Assembly: GCF_026571515.1 (NCBI RefSeq)
Contig: NW_026860290.1
Coordinates: forward strand, 248,001-312,000
Length of the DNA: 64,000 bases
Direction of reading: 5' to 3'
Source: Ruditapes philippinarum
Taxonomy: Eukaryota
The translations under genes were made by a program, and so were the position numbers. Within the stretch, counting starts at the first letter, position 1. Each line of letters opens with the position of its first letter. Shown here in pieces: positions 29,501 through 42,970 of the stretch. Under the pieces are notes generated by a model. It was not told the origin of the DNA. It searched no databases and saw only the letters and a program-made list of their open reading frames with translations.

Positions 29501-32500
29501 ATTCTTTTAAAACAGCAAAAATATCTGGCAACTATAATTGATATACATTTAAATAAATACTAAGTTAATATACTCTATTAATCAAATTAATCTGGAAAAA
29601 GGGTAAATCTCTCGGAAGCTATGAAACAAACAAAAAATAAATGTTTGAAAATTGCAGTCTCGGGTTTTTTCTGTTCATGACAGAGATAAAGTTAGCCATC
29701 TTTATTTTTTTGCTGAAATCTATTTAAACCGAGCCTGCAACGATTTTGATTTTGTCGTTTTTTGACGTTCTTTCGAGATTCCGTTTTTTTTTCTCTATTT
29801 TTTTAGCCAAATTCAAAGCAAGGCAAATCTATTTTATTACTGTAGTAGATTGACCAATTACAGATCAGATAGAGCTTTGAATTGGTGTTACATGAAATAT
29901 TTTGCAAGATAATGATGAATCGATCTTATTATTAAATAAAGATTTGTATTTACCACAGCAGCATAGCTTTCCATCACACCAAAGTCGTTAAGGAACAGTT
30001 TGACATTGGGATCAACGGCATGAGCATCGTGAAACATTTTCATGGTAATGTTCGGGTCCCCAGTTGTCTGCTCATACCAATCACCGTGGATATTTTCGTT
30101 GTTAACATCCCAGTGTTTAACTCTAGACATTTATATTAAATAAAGGTAAAACTGAGATCATCTCTTATTATTAGCAAATTAAACAAGATAGAAAAGTTGG
30201 TTGTATAAACTCTACATAATGACTATTAAATTGGGGACACTATTGTCCTCACATTGATTCTTTTATCAACGTAGACACACACACTGAATAAATAGCAATA
30301 ATGATTCAATGTAATTAATTGTTACAATATACATATATGTATCGAGCAAAACAAAAAAGTACGAACAAGTAGATACATGATAAAAACGTTGTAAACTGAA
30401 AAAAGCTCAATAATCAAAATTATGAAAATATTATTAACAAAAATGGCATTATCAGCAGAAATTTTGGCTTCAGTTAGTGAAGCTTTCATATTTTTGTCAC
30501 ACAATGGATAAATGAAAATTTCAATTATTCATCATATATGTAGGCCAATCATCAAGTACTGTAACTACATTTAAGAGAACGTTGGCCTAGTGACTCTAAT
30601 CCCAGTGGCCGTTGGTTCTGGCCCAACTCAGGTTACGAACATGTGTCTTCACAAGTACTGTGTATTTCTATAACTAAACACATTTAACAAGTTTAATAAT
30701 TATGAAAAATGACTAAGGTTACATACAGACCGGCAGTATGACCGACAACCCCCTTTGTCCTCATATCTATTTCTTGAAGAAGTTGTTGACGACTCAACGT
30801 TGATACCCAAGAAGAAACATGGGTTCTCACACCCCAGAATATGTTGTGGGCGCGAACCTTTGTTCTAGATACAGAAAGGACAAGAATAACTTATGTTTTG
30901 TCTATTGCTGGACTGAATAACATCGTTCACGTTCTCCCTTTCCGTCAATCTTCGTTTATGGACTGATTATGATTATGGATGTGAGTTCCGAATGAGATGT
31001 AAATGTGAAACAGTTTCTGACACTATAAACGTTGTAAAACTAATAAATTAAAAGATATGTACAACATTAAAAAAGATACAGTTCATTTAAAACTTAAAGA
31101 AAATGATACTTATGATATAGATTCATACCCGTTTCCATTTAGAGCACGAAGGGCTGTCATTGGTGTGTTGTAATCTATATGTCCCTGAAATGAGAGAGAG
31201 AGAGAGTTGAATAGTTTAAGTCATTGTAGTTCATATAAACAAATAGCAATTATATGAAATGTTAATATGCTTCAAAAGATTGGTTTTACTTTTTAAAAAC
31301 AAAAACACACTTTCATAAACAGAAAAAAAACAAAAAAACAACGGAGCATTATCTATTGTTTGAGGACTAAATGATATCACTCAGACATATTTTTACTTTC
31401 TACTTACTTAAAATGATTTTCTGATGGACAGTCTGGTGGTAAAATTTGTTTGCTAAATATCCACTTTCTAAGAAAGACATTCACCCAACTACCATGACGA
31501 TAGATAAATAAAATTTAAAAAAAAATTAAAATTGAGTGTTGGTTTAGAGGGCAGTTTTATACTCGACACACTTTAATGAGCCGTGTCATGACAAAACCAA
31601 CATTGTGCGTTTGCGACCAGCATGGATCCAGACCAGTCTGCGCATCCGCGCAGTCTGATCAGGATCCGTGCTGTTCGCTTACAAACCCTATTACAAGTAG
31701 AGAATAGCATGGATCCTGATCAGACTGCGAGAATGCGCAGGCTGGTCTGGATCCATGCTGGTCTCAAACCCACTATGCTGGTTTTGTCATGACACGGCTC
31801 ATTTTATGGCTTTCCATCATTGGTGAAGTATGCAAGATCATTTTTGGCACTTTTCGGCCAAAAACTCCTCAGGGTCAAAAGCAATATGGTACATAAAAAT
31901 ATATTCGGAAAGATCAAATTTTAACTACAAATCTAGCTTTCGAGAGTTTAAACACGATATGAATCAGCCACCTGAAGCTTTTGGTTTTACCTTGGTCTTT
32001 TCCATAAGTTTCCATTTCAAAGCGTTTTCTAGAACCGCCCATTCAAAATTATCATAGAACGCCTGCGCATACTTCCGGTAGGCGGGGTCAACAATTTGTC
32101 TGGCACCAACAGCGCTTCCAAAAGCAAACTCATGAGAGTCTTGTATAAGCTAGATAACATAAATGACAACATTTGAGCCGCGTCGCGACAAAACCAACAT
32201 AGTGTGTTTGCGACCAGCATGGATCCAGACCAGCCTGTGCATCCGCGCAGTCTCACCAGGATCCATGCTGTTCGCTCACCAACCTTATTACAAGTAGAGA
32301 AACTGATAGCGAACAGCATGGATCCTGATCAGACTGCGCGGATGCGCAGGCTGGTCTGGATCCATGCTGGTCGCAAACACACAATGTTGGTTTTGTCGTG
32401 ACACGGCTCATTTATATACTTGAAATATATTTATTATTTTAAATACATGTAACTGTACAATTTACTTGCTTCATAAATTACTTTTTCTCCTGCTGTATGG

Positions 32501-35500
32501 GAGAACATTTATGATGATGTAATTATAGATATAGAACATGTGAGCTGCATATAAATAAAGTGTAAAATAGACTGTGATAAAGGTAGCAAACTTTAAACAA
32601 AGTGAAATGTTTCCATACAAAATACGAGATAGCTATCAGCGTACTAATTGCCAAAATGCAAGAGAAGCGAAACAGCGCTTAATGACAGTCAATAACCTTT
32701 TGAAACACTACAAATAAAAAAATAGAAATGAAAATGATAGAATTGGTAGGCTTACTGGGCCTTTAAGCAAATATACACAAAATTTTACAATGACAATCAA
32801 GTGTTTTCGGTTCAAATGATATGCCTCCCAACCCTTGCCTAGGAGTTATGGAGGGCGTCATGACATCCTCCACTTCTCCTATGTTTTTATATCTGATTGA
32901 AAAAAATAATACTCACCTCCACCTGGTAGTTTTCATTTTGATCGGACGGGAATCTGAAAATGCAATTGTAAAGTATGATATCTAAAACTAAATAAATTAT
33001 GACCAACATCGGTTAACCTAGTACGAAGATTATTGTGCTGTATCATATGGTGGCTGATAGAGGGCCCAACGGCGCATTGTCGCGCTGTCGTCTTGTCTCT
33101 AGCGAAGCACACCAAATGGTGCGTTGTCTTGCGGCGCGATGTCGCACTGTCGCTTTGCTTATAAGCCAATACTTCTATTTGAACCGGGCGACAACCTGAC
33201 ATCGCGACAACACGCCGAACGACAACGCGCCGTTCGGCGTAAATCGTTAGCAACAGGACGACAAAACGAAAGTTCAACAACGCGCCGTTTAGCGCTTTGT
33301 CCTGTTGTTGCTATCGCCAACACGACGCACAAAAACGTTCGAAAGCAGCCACCATGGCATCACTATTAATATGACGCCGTGTGTTAAAAGGACTATTGGT
33401 ATTGATAACATTTTTACTTGATGAATTTTGGTTATTAAAGTATCACAACTTATGGTCAGTGGAATTTTTCTTAGCCAAATGACTTCCAGACCAACTTTAT
33501 TCCCCGGTTTAGAGGGGTATTCAGTGGTTTTTATTGAGCCAATATTAAGGTCTTTTGAAGTATATAAATGATGTTATGAATAAACATATTTTTTCATTGA
33601 CTGAATTCGGAAACAAATTTCATTTACACGTAAGCTTTAGATTTTTTTTTAGTATCATTAATAATTCCTTTCCGTAGTAGGGAAGGGATATTACTCTGTT
33701 TAATATCGTCATAATTCTTGTATCGAGTTGATTCCCTTAGTATGAGGTAAAAACACACCTTTTGTTTTCAACGGCAATCGTAAAATTGTGTTTGTTTTGT
33801 TTTCTTCTTCAAAATCCTTAATCCGATTTTCATTAATTCTAAATCAATGCAGATTGTGTGCATAGGAAATCATTACGTGTAATAAAAATATACATGTATA
33901 TAACATAGTAAAATAATCTCCTTTGAAATTACGTGACAGTGATATCAGATTTTCTTAATTCTTCTATTCGCGCGTTAGCTTCTGTCCTCCAATTGGCATT
34001 TTCCGGTACAACTTGAAGACTTGTATGGTCCACCAGATAGTTGACGCTCGGATCCTTAACCTGTATGACCACCTGACACGCATGCGCACCTGAAATTCAA
34101 AACTTGATAACCAAAATCTAAAAAATCTAAAACCATTTTTCATTGATTGATAACTTAATCTTCTATAATTGTGTAAGCACCATTTTTGGTTTTATTGAAA
34201 GTGATTTAAAGCTGCATGCATCCAGATGAGCCCAAATGTTTCAAGAAAATTTTACTTGAGAAAAAATGTACACTAAGATTTTAACAAATGTAAAGATATC
34301 AAAAATTTAAGAAACAGTGTTATGTCCATTAAGGGACTGATATTGCAGTATTTTCGCCATATTTCTACTACTACATTACTATCGCATAAAGGGTCTTTTT
34401 GCTTATTTTAAACTTTAATTGGTAATTTACATGAATTGGTATATGTAAGCAAGTATCTTATGTTGGGGTATGGTTTTTAAATCATTTTAAAAGTAACATG
34501 TCACAAAATAAATACCTTGAGGTACCTGGTGTATACCCCCTAACAGTGTCCATGTATTCAGTCTAACGTACGGATCGTGTCCAAACTTCAAATATATCTT
34601 GTGTCCTGCAAAGTAAGTCAATGTTTTCAATAGATGATTTCAAAATATATATATATTTAAAGTCAAATAAAATATTCAAAATTTTCTATAAACATCAGTA
34701 TATGCAGTTCATAGATATTCTTTACTCGACAGAGAGCTATTTGTATCTTTATGAAACGTCCATCAATAAATCCTCGTCATACATCAAAAGCTCATTATTT
34801 TTCTTGTCCTGTATATAGTTATTTCTAAAAAGTTACTGATTGGCCAATGACCTTTACATAATTTTGCTTCTGTCGGTTTTTTTGCAATAAATACATAGTT
34901 ATTTACAGTTACTCTTGAATTTAAAAACACTATGTACTTTACCATTGTTCCCTAGGCATGTCATCGTGGCCTCCACTGTTTCATAATTGGCACCATGTTG
35001 AAGATTCAACAGTTTAATGTAGGCTGTAAAGTTATACACATTTCCGGGAGTGACGGCGACATTTTGGGCTAAAGCATCGAAATTATGATGTCTGAAAAGC
35101 AAGCAACAACAGTATTGCATATAATTATGCCGTTTGTAAAACTATATTATTATGACGTCATTAACGCATGCATTATTGGGATCGTAGTATGCTTTTTGAA
35201 AAAAACTTTTTGTTGTTTCTTTAGACTCTATATTAGAATATAATACTTATGATTATCAGATATTATTTCATTTACATGTGACTATTTTCTGCAAATTTTA
35301 TAAAATATCGCCTAGAAATCAAAGCAGACAAAAAAATTATTCGGAATATATTGGGTACCATTACCAAGGTACTCTTTAATACGTATTATGTAGATATGAA
35401 GAAATACCAAACATTCTTGTTACTTGTACAGTTTAATTCTATTTGGAAAGAAATCTTAACTGTTAGGAAAACGAAAAATAATAAACACCTGTTTGAAACC

Positions 35501-35676
35501 ATAACACTATGCCAGCCACTGTAATGATCTTTACTGGATATTAAGGTGCAGCCACCTTTACAAGACCAATTATGCTCGAAATGAACCATTTCCATGTCAT
35601 AGTTCTTCAATAGTTCCACTCCGGCTAAAGTCTGTCCAAATCCGGCAAAACACCACAGGAAAAGCAGCGAAAACAT
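26600..35676 (-). CDS. Secreted GH10 endo-1,4-beta-xylanase with N-terminal CBM4/9/22-like domain; 13 exons, 566 aa
   Basis: Exons 35676-35489, 35091-34943, 34605-34516, 34089-33933, 32953-32917, 32149-31991, 31184-31129, 30864-30727, 30122-29954, 29488-29381, 28581-28366, 27101-26897, 26628-26600 (1701 nt, all in phase). Signal peptide MFSLLFLWCFAGFGQTLA. GH10 motifs: WRTEANARIEELRK, HEFAFGSAV, ENALKW, VRAHNIFW, HWDVNNE (acid/base), KLFLNDF, GVGIQSH, LPIWITEL (nucleophile), FSHPAVEGVLFWGFWD, VRGFKGGY. Confidence 0.95.
27400..27712 (-). mobile_element. tRNA-derived SINE, Meta-domain-like (GH10 intron 11)
   Basis: Minus-strand head CCGGTTAGCTCAGTAGGTAGAG. Body TGATCATGAAATCCTATCTACGGTCATTCGCACTGTAC...GTTCCTTGCGAAAGTGA...CTGCTTGACAGCCTGCCCAGGA. 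Homologous to 35958-36380. Confidence 0.7.
27851..28049. mobile_element. Palindromic MITE family A, copy 4
   Basis: TGAGCCGCGTCACGACAAAAC...TTTTGTCATGGCGCGGCTCA. Confidence 0.85.
31577..31801. mobile_element. Palindromic MITE family A, copy 5
   Basis: TGAGCCGTGTCATGACAAAACCA...TGGTTTTGTCATGACACGGCTCA. Confidence 0.85.
32174..32410. mobile_element. Palindromic MITE family A, copy 6 (full length, 237 bp)
   Basis: ~100-bp inverted arms around a ~30-bp spacer; lies ~25 bp from the GH10 exon 6 acceptor. Confidence 0.9.
33055..33370. repeat. CpG-rich repeat fragment, probably MITE-derived, in GH10 intron 4
   Basis: Recurrent CGACAA/TTGTCG motifs in both orientations; no paired termini or TSD found. 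Confidence 0.4.
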
Positions 35677-35957
35677 TCAAATATTAGATAAATCAAACTA
35701 TATATTTATCAATAAAAAATTTTCTTGATCACAAAACTCCTTTATATTATAAATGAAATGACAAACTTATGTGCATATAAATATCATTTTATGGTTAGAA
35801 GATAAGACAATTTTGGACTTTAAAAGAACGATCCCAATTTAAGACATTAAGATAAGGTACTGTCTGGACATCATTGAGGGTCATTTTTGAGAGCTTTCAT
35901 AATTATTTTGGAAGCTCTATAAACATTTCGATATTCTGCGTACAAAACATTTTTAAA

Positions 35958-36380
35958 GCTCAAAACGTAGAGCGAGTGACTGTAAATCGGACGACCCGGG
36001 TCCTCTTCCGTTGTGATTGATCATGACGGTTATTCGCACTGTACCTCTGGCATGTACATAACTTATCAAGTCCTTGCGAAAGTGAGGGCAAACTCACTGT
36101 CTGCTTGACAGCCTTCCGTTGCTAAACTGTGCTCTGCTAAGTCCAATGTGGCTTACTGTCGTGATGAGGAGGGTAAACTGCCAACATCCACAAGTGAAAT
36201 GACGGGATCGGAGATACTCCTTACCCCTCAGACCCTTAATCATCATAATTTCGGACGTGATGGCCCCTGCACCCCGGGGGCATCCGTTGTTGCCGGGGGT
36301 GGGGGGAGGTGCTCTGATTGAGTTCGAGTTCCCTAGAATGGTGAGATAACAGCACCTTCTGTGGTTGCTTTCTGTCATGT
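35958..36380 (+). mobile_element. tRNA-derived SINE, same family as 27400-27712, upstream of the xylanase ATG
   Basis: Shares TGATCATGA..GGTTATTCGCACTGTAC..CTGGCATGTACA..GTCCTTGCGAAAGTGA..CTGCTTGACAGCCT..GCTAAACTGT..CAATGTGGCTTACTG. Boundaries are approximate. Confidence 0.65.
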
Positions 36381-36384
36381 CATT

Positions 36385-36581
36385 TGATTGCCGCATCACG
36401 ACAACACCATCATCCGCGCAGTCTGATCAGGATCCATGCTGTTCGCTTACAAACCTTATTACAAGTAGTGAAATTAATAACGAACAGCAAGGATCTTAAT
36501 CAGACTGCACGGATGCGCAGGCTGGTCTGGATCCATGCTGGTCGCAAACGCACTATGTTAGTTTTGTCGTGACGTGGCTCA
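36385..36581. mobile_element. Palindromic MITE family A, copy 7 (left arm degraded)
   Basis: CATCCGCGCAGTCTGATCAGGATCCATGCTG...GTTTTGTCGTGACGTGGCTCA. Confidence 0.8.
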
Positions 36582-36986
36582 TTTGTATCTTGTTTATTTT
36601 TTCTTCTATGTGTGTGGTAGCTGCTGAACAGGTCTTCTCAAAATGTTAACTTATTACGTTTATTGAAACCGACTTTAACTAAATTATCTTTAATTAACGC
36701 AGTACATAAATTATGCAAAGAAGAAACACGATATATTGACGCTTTTGTCAACATTCTTCCTTTCTTGAAGTAATGATGGATTTTCACGTTTAACCTTACT
36801 AGACGAGTACTTAAAATTTTATTTATATTATCAACATTCATGGAAATATGAAGAGTTTGCCTTTTTGTATCATATGACAGTGCCAATTAAATTTAGATAA
36901 TACCGATACACACCGCCAAAATATAGACATTTAATGCTCGCAAATTGCTAAGAAGTATATATTTCGTCTGCACATTTAATCCCTGA

Positions 36987-38050
36987 TTGTCCCCCATCTT
37001 TTCGAAGAAAAAAGGGGGATATAGAAATGGGCTCCGTTCGTCTGTTCGTCCGTCACACTTTCGTGTCCGGTCCATTAATTTGTCATTTATCAAAGGAATC
37101 TGAAATAACTTGGCACAAATGTTTGTTATAATAAGACAATGTGCCATGCGCAACAACCAGACCCCTACCTCCAGGGTCAAGGTCGCTCTTCTCATTCAAG
37201 GTCAACATTGTCTAATTTAGGGTATATGTCGTGTCCGGTCCATAACTTTCTTATCTTTGAAGGGATTTTGTAATTACTTGCCACAATATAGTGAGACGAT
37301 GTGTCATGCACAACAACCGGTCCCTACATCCAAGGTCAATGTCACACTTGAAGGTCAAAGATTAACATAGTCTGTTATAGAGTATATTTTGTGTCCAATC
37401 CATAACTTTTTCATATATCAAAGGATTTTGTAAATACTTGCCACAAATAGTCAATATCATTAAACATGTGTCATGTGCAACACCTGCATCCCTACCTCCA
37501 AGTTCAAGGTCACACTTTGAGGTCTAAAGTAAACATACAAATGTAGGGGAAAATTTTAGGGTAAAATTTGTGTACGATCTAGAACTTCTTCGGGATTTTG
37601 AAATAACTAGGCACAAAAAGTCACAATAATAAGACGATATGTCAAGTACAACACCTGCACCCCTACCTCCAAGGTCAAGGTCACACTGAGATGGTCAAAG
37701 GATAACAGAGTCTGTTATATGGTATATTTTGTGCCCCTTCCATAACTTCTTCATAGATCAAGGGATCTTGCAAATACTTGGCACAAATAGTCACAATGAT
37801 AATTTAAGATGATATGTCATGCGTAACACATGTGTCCCTACCTCCAAGTTCAAGGTCACACGTAGAGGTCAAAGATTTACATAGTCTGTTATAGTGTATA
37901 ATTTGTGTCCGATCCATAACTTTTTCATAGATCAAGGTGTTTTAAAAATACTTTGCACAAATGGTTACAATAATAAGACGATATGTCAGGCGCAACAACT
38001 GCACCCCTACCTCCAAAGTCAATGTCACACTTAGAGGTCAAAGCTTTAAA
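36987..38050 (+). mobile_element. Helentron/HINE-like element with ~6 diverged ~160-180-bp internal repeats, 3' end not recognisable
   Basis: Head TTGTCCCCCATCTTTTCGAAGAAAAAAGGGGGATATAG (hairpin) plus a (GTCC/GTTC)n tract. Each unit contains CCCTACCTCCAAGGTCAAGGTCACA. Confidence 0.7.
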
Positions 38051-39758
38051 TGATAGATTTTTTAAATTCCGTGTTTCATTTTAATAAATTTATTGTTGCA
38101 TTTGCACATAATTTTGGACTGAAAGTCCCCAGATCCATACCTCAATCTTTTGAAATAGCACAATTTTATGCTTCATAATTTTAATAATTGGTTTAAACAT
38201 ATTTATATTCGATATAGTTATGTATTCATTAGTTTAATAATGTTTTATTTCAACTATAATACATTTGAATAACACAAAAACAAATGTACAATAAGAATAG
38301 ATCTAGAGCTTGCAAAAGGGTTGCTACAAGTTATCAGCCCTTCGGTCCGACAAAGTCTAAGTTTTATAATACATATTTTCCGGGCTGTTACAAACAACCG
38401 ATTTGCCAGTGAAAGTGAGAAAAATGTAAACGTATATACATTATATATAATAATAAACAATATTGACACAATGCATTTTGGAATTGGACAGAATTCAAGC
38501 TCCTCCATTTTAATAATCATTATTGACAAGTTAATTAGATCCACTGAACAGTAGGCCTACAAAGCTAGTTCTAAGAAGAGAGCTATCAAACACTACCAAA
38601 AAAACAATACGAAAAAAAAAATAAAAAAAAAATAAATTTTCGTTCCGTTTAAAAATAAAATTCTAAGATTTTTAACACGACGTCACGAGTCACGTTTTTC
38701 TCTAGGTGCGACTGTACTTCTCAACCGTGTTTGAGATTATAATTAGGTTTTGCTTGTGTCATGAAGAAATAGTTCTGAAGTCGATTTTTTTTCTTAGAAA
38801 CTCTTTCGGATACATGTACAAAAAAAATCATTTACAGAGCGGTATCTTCCTAAATTTCAAAATTTATACTGTCACATAAAAAGAGTAGATTAAGAAAAAC
38901 GAATAATTAATATATCGGTCAATTTTTTTTTACACATTATGTCAAGGTCGCGTAAGAATATGACGGCTTTCCGCTCCAATAAACACGGCACATGTTTCAG
39001 ACAGGTCACGTGCGGTAATGTACACAAGACTTTAGTAGTGTGGTAAACAGTAGAATTAATTTTCATACTTACAGGCGTTATTGCAGCAATATTATGAATG
39101 TCTTAGAGAAAGTATTTCTGGAAATATTATTCTGGTGAGACATGTTTTTTGAATTTCAATTCCATTTTGTCTTTTGCACTGTAGATCGCTTTGATTTATA
39201 TTTGGATGTTGATTATTCGCACTCTATATAGTTCGTAACAAGTGTCAACTATTTGGAAAGTGCATACATAGTCCAGGTTATATTTTCTTGAATTTTGGTG
39301 ACTTGCTATACTTTGTGTCCCTTTAACTCCATCCAAAAATGGAAAAAGCATTAAATGCTGCTAATGCAACTGCAGTGACTTGGACTCTTACATGTGAGTA
39401 GTTATTATATTTTTGAATTTTCAATCTAGTAAACAAGTAACAACATTGGTATACTGGTGCCTCGTATTCTGTGGTATCCATATTTCCAAGGTATCAGACT
39501 TAAACAGTCTAAAGTGCTTCCTGGACTTAATGAACCTGCCAGTAGTTTTACTTGGAACCACTATTTTATTGTATTTTTATCGAATTATTACATATAGAAC
39601 TTAGTCCTATAAATATGATGTCGCTTTGAGATATTTTTGCTTCAGGGCAAAGCAACAGGCTCAATGACCGACATAAACTATAACAATAACATCTAATATA
39701 TTGGACTAATATAGAACTAAAAAAAATAAATATTTTATTCAGATTAAGAGCAAAGTTA

Positions 39759-40238
39759 CAGACTTCCCGAAAGTTGAAAAAAACTGTCAGACATTTGGTC
39801 TGACAAACCATGAAAATCTGTCGGACCGAAACGAAATCTGTCGGACCAAATAAAATTTATCAAAATCAAAGAATGACTTGTGTTTGTATTTCTAAGACAC
39901 TTTTTGTTTTTAATTTTTTCGCCGTAAAAATCGGCACATTCCTTACAGCGCATTTTCATCTCCTCCCTATCATACACCAACGATTCACTGTCTTGCTTCT
40001 ATTTTTCATTAAATTTTGTCTCAGGTCTATTCTTTTTATCCTTTTACTGCTGTTCTGCCTGTTCCTCTGACGTAGATTTTTTATTTTTCCGAGGTTTGGC
40101 ACCTTTAGCGACGCCATTTTGTATACATGCGGCTTGGATAAAAGCCGGACAGTCGGACCGATCCGGAATAAAAACTTGTCGGACCTGATCAAAATTTATC
40201 GGACATGTCCGTCGGACCGACGTATTTCGGGAAGTCTG
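39759..40238. mobile_element. 480-bp non-autonomous hAT-like MITE with 14-bp TIR and 6-bp TSD
   Basis: CAGACTTCCCGAAA...TTTCGGGAAGTCTG, flanked by AAGTTA on both sides (39753-58, 40239-44); subterminal (T)GTCGGACC repeats. Confidence 0.85.
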
Positions 40239-41223
40239 AAGTTATTTAATAATTTACCATTTTTCTTTTAGATTTCACACCTTTTAAGAAAATCTTTTTT
40301 GTTAAACAACCATTGAGGTATTTGATAAATGCCAAAGTGAAAATTGCCCCTTTCAGATGAGCCTACGCATAGATGTACTAATAAATTAAGTTTACTACAT
40401 TTTTTTCAGTGAAATTATTTGTTTCAGCAGAATAACTTGTGATGGATTAACATTGGATTTCAAATTCAGTGATTCAGGTTATATTTGACATGCACATATA
40501 TAATATCAAAACTAGAGAACACTTGTGACATCCAGATGATGTTGTGAAACAAAAAATATGTTCAATTTTCTCACATTTCAATCGACATGTTATTAAAAGA
40601 GTTATACCCCTTTTTTGTGAAACAGAATAAGTTAAATAGAATTTCAAGTTGGATGTGTTTATATGCATGCAAGTATATACTATCAAAACATAAGTCAAGT
40701 TAGATTTTCTCTCCAACCATCTTGTTGCATCCTTGATTTAATTTTTTTAATTGGTTTCTTTTAATCATTTTTTTTTAAATCTGACTTTACATTATGTCAC
40801 ATAAAATTTATTTAATTATCTTCTAAGACTATTTACAAATTTACTTACAGATCAAATTCAAAAACTGTATGTTAAGTTGTTAAAGTTACAGAGGAAAACA
40901 TTTGATGGAAAAGTTATTATCTGAGTTATTTGCGTCAATAAATTAATTAAATTTGCTGATCAATTCTATCTTTAAGAACTTGTGAAATAATATTTAGTAA
41001 GTGTGTGACTGAGTTACAGTGTATGTTCATCTTTCTCTATGTTAATTGATATAATGTTCCTTCATATGATTAAACAAATGTTTGAGTAGATAATTCCAAT
41101 TTCCTTTTACATTTTTTGGGAATTTTAATTCAGAAAAATGCATGTTAATTTAACCATAATAGTTTTGTAAAAGTCATAAATTTCATGTATATATGATAAT
41201 GTTCTGTTGTCGACACATGCTAT

Positions 41224-41428
41224 AATTTATTTGTTTCCTAGCTGAAACTAGAATTTGTTTGTTTCCAAGCTCATGCTAGCATCTGTTTGTTTCTAAACTC
41301 AATTTAGGAATTATTCATTTCCAGACTCATGCTAGGATTTATTCATTTTCTAGCTTATGCTTGGATTTATTCATCTCCAAACTCATGCTGGTATCTGTTT
41401 GTTTCCAAGCTCACACTTTGATTTGTTT
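41224..41428. repeat. 28-bp minisatellite, ~7 copies
   Basis: Unit ~ATTTGTTTGTTTCCAAGCTCATGCTAGG. Confidence 0.75.
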
Positions 41429-41459
41429 AATTGTGATATCTTCTTTTAAATCTGCCATG

Positions 41460-42005
41460 GAGTGTGTTTTGACATGCCCTGCCTCAGTGCCTTGGGTGTG
41501 TATTGCCTTGCCCTGCCTCAGTGACTTGGTTGTGAATTGCCTTGCCCTACCTCCACCTTTTGTGTCAAACGTTGCCCTGCCTCAGCGTTTTAGGTGTATA
41601 TTTCCCTGCCTTAGCACCTTGGAAGTGTATAACCTTTCCTTGCCTCAATGCCTTGGGTGTGTATTGCCCTACCGTACCTGAGCACCTAGGGTTTGTATTG
41701 CCCTGCCCTGCCTCAGTGATTTGGCTGTGTATTAATTACCCTGCCTTAGCAACTTGGGTGATATTGCCCTGCCCTGTCTCAGTGATTTAGGTGTATATTG
41801 CCCTTTCCTGCCTCAGCGACTTGGGTGTATATTGCCCTGTCCTGTCTCAGCAACTTAGGTGTGTATTGCCCTTTCTTGCCACAGCGCCTAAGGTGTGTAT
41901 TGCCCTGTCCTGGTGATCAGTGTGTATTGGCCTGCCTCAGTGACTTATGTGTTGTTACCCTGCGCTGTCTCAGTGATTGGGGTGCTTATTGCCCTGCCTC
42001 AGCAA
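41460..42005. repeat. 29-34-bp minisatellite, ~16-17 copies
   Basis: Unit ~TGCCCTGCCTCAGCGACTTGGGTGTGTAT(TGCCC). Confidence 0.85.
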
Positions 42006-42970
42006 ATTCATGTTAGAATTGATGAACTTGAACCAAAGGTTATTATATTCATTCTAAGTATATTTGAAAGAAATCAATTGAAAATGTATTTCCATTCTAT
42101 AGCTGGGGCAGTGTAAGTCTGTAAGGGTTTCTTCCCTTCAGAAAAATGATGCAGTTTTCCCATACATTTCAATTAACGCCAAGTTTTTTTCTTCCCATGT
42201 AAAAAATGCTGTGTTGTATTCCTCAATACTAAGGGGAAGGACCCCTTCCCAAAATGTGGGGCAAAAACATCTCTAATTTATAAACAAAACAACACCAGAT
42301 CTTGGTGAATGGGATTCCCAATTATTTAACTTGTTAAAGTGGATCATTCAGTTTTCATACTTTCATTTCTTAGTGCACCACAAGCCATCATGAATGACTC
42401 TTTAATTTAATATATTTACATGTATATCACTTGACATTCCCAACCCAATTCTAAATTACCGGCAGTAACAGACTTTTAGTAGATATTTTTTTTCTTCTAA
42501 TTTTATACTCTACATGGTACCTGTTAATAATTCATTAATCTATACTGTGTGACAACTGTACCAAGATAACCATCATTATATAGGTTAAACTGACTGTATA
42601 CCATACAATGACACATTGTTTTTATCTCATTACAAAATATAGTTCAATGGTAAAATTCCTAAACTTGACATGCCCTTGAACACTGCATTGGCGGACTATA
42701 TGCAATTTGACCTATTGTATGACCTTTTTCATTCACGTGTATAAACAGATGGTTGCTATAAATAGAAATATCAGGTCATGATTTTATTAAACTGTTATTG
42801 ACAGTACATAAGGTGAATTATAATGTCAAACACATGGTTAAATAAAAGTGTATCGATTTAAAAGAAAAAAAGAAAGCAGAGAAAAAGCAGGAAAAAGGCA
42901 CTTGTGTTGTCTGTAAAGTACACATAAAATAAATTAGGTGAAATATCAGTTGTATTAAATAAGGTAATTT

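Noticed and set aside
32029-32401. Recurrent ORFs such as MLFAISFSTCN.../MDPDQ... (also 7100, 14656, 20979, 36384, 49837)
   Set aside because: Translations of the palindromic MITE, not genes.
26600-35676. Bacterial contamination or recent horizontal transfer of the xylanase
   Set aside because: Twelve canonical introns with host repeats inside them.
41361-42116. Cys/Pro-rich ORFs
   Set aside because: They arise in all frames from the TGCCCTGCCTCAG minisatellite.
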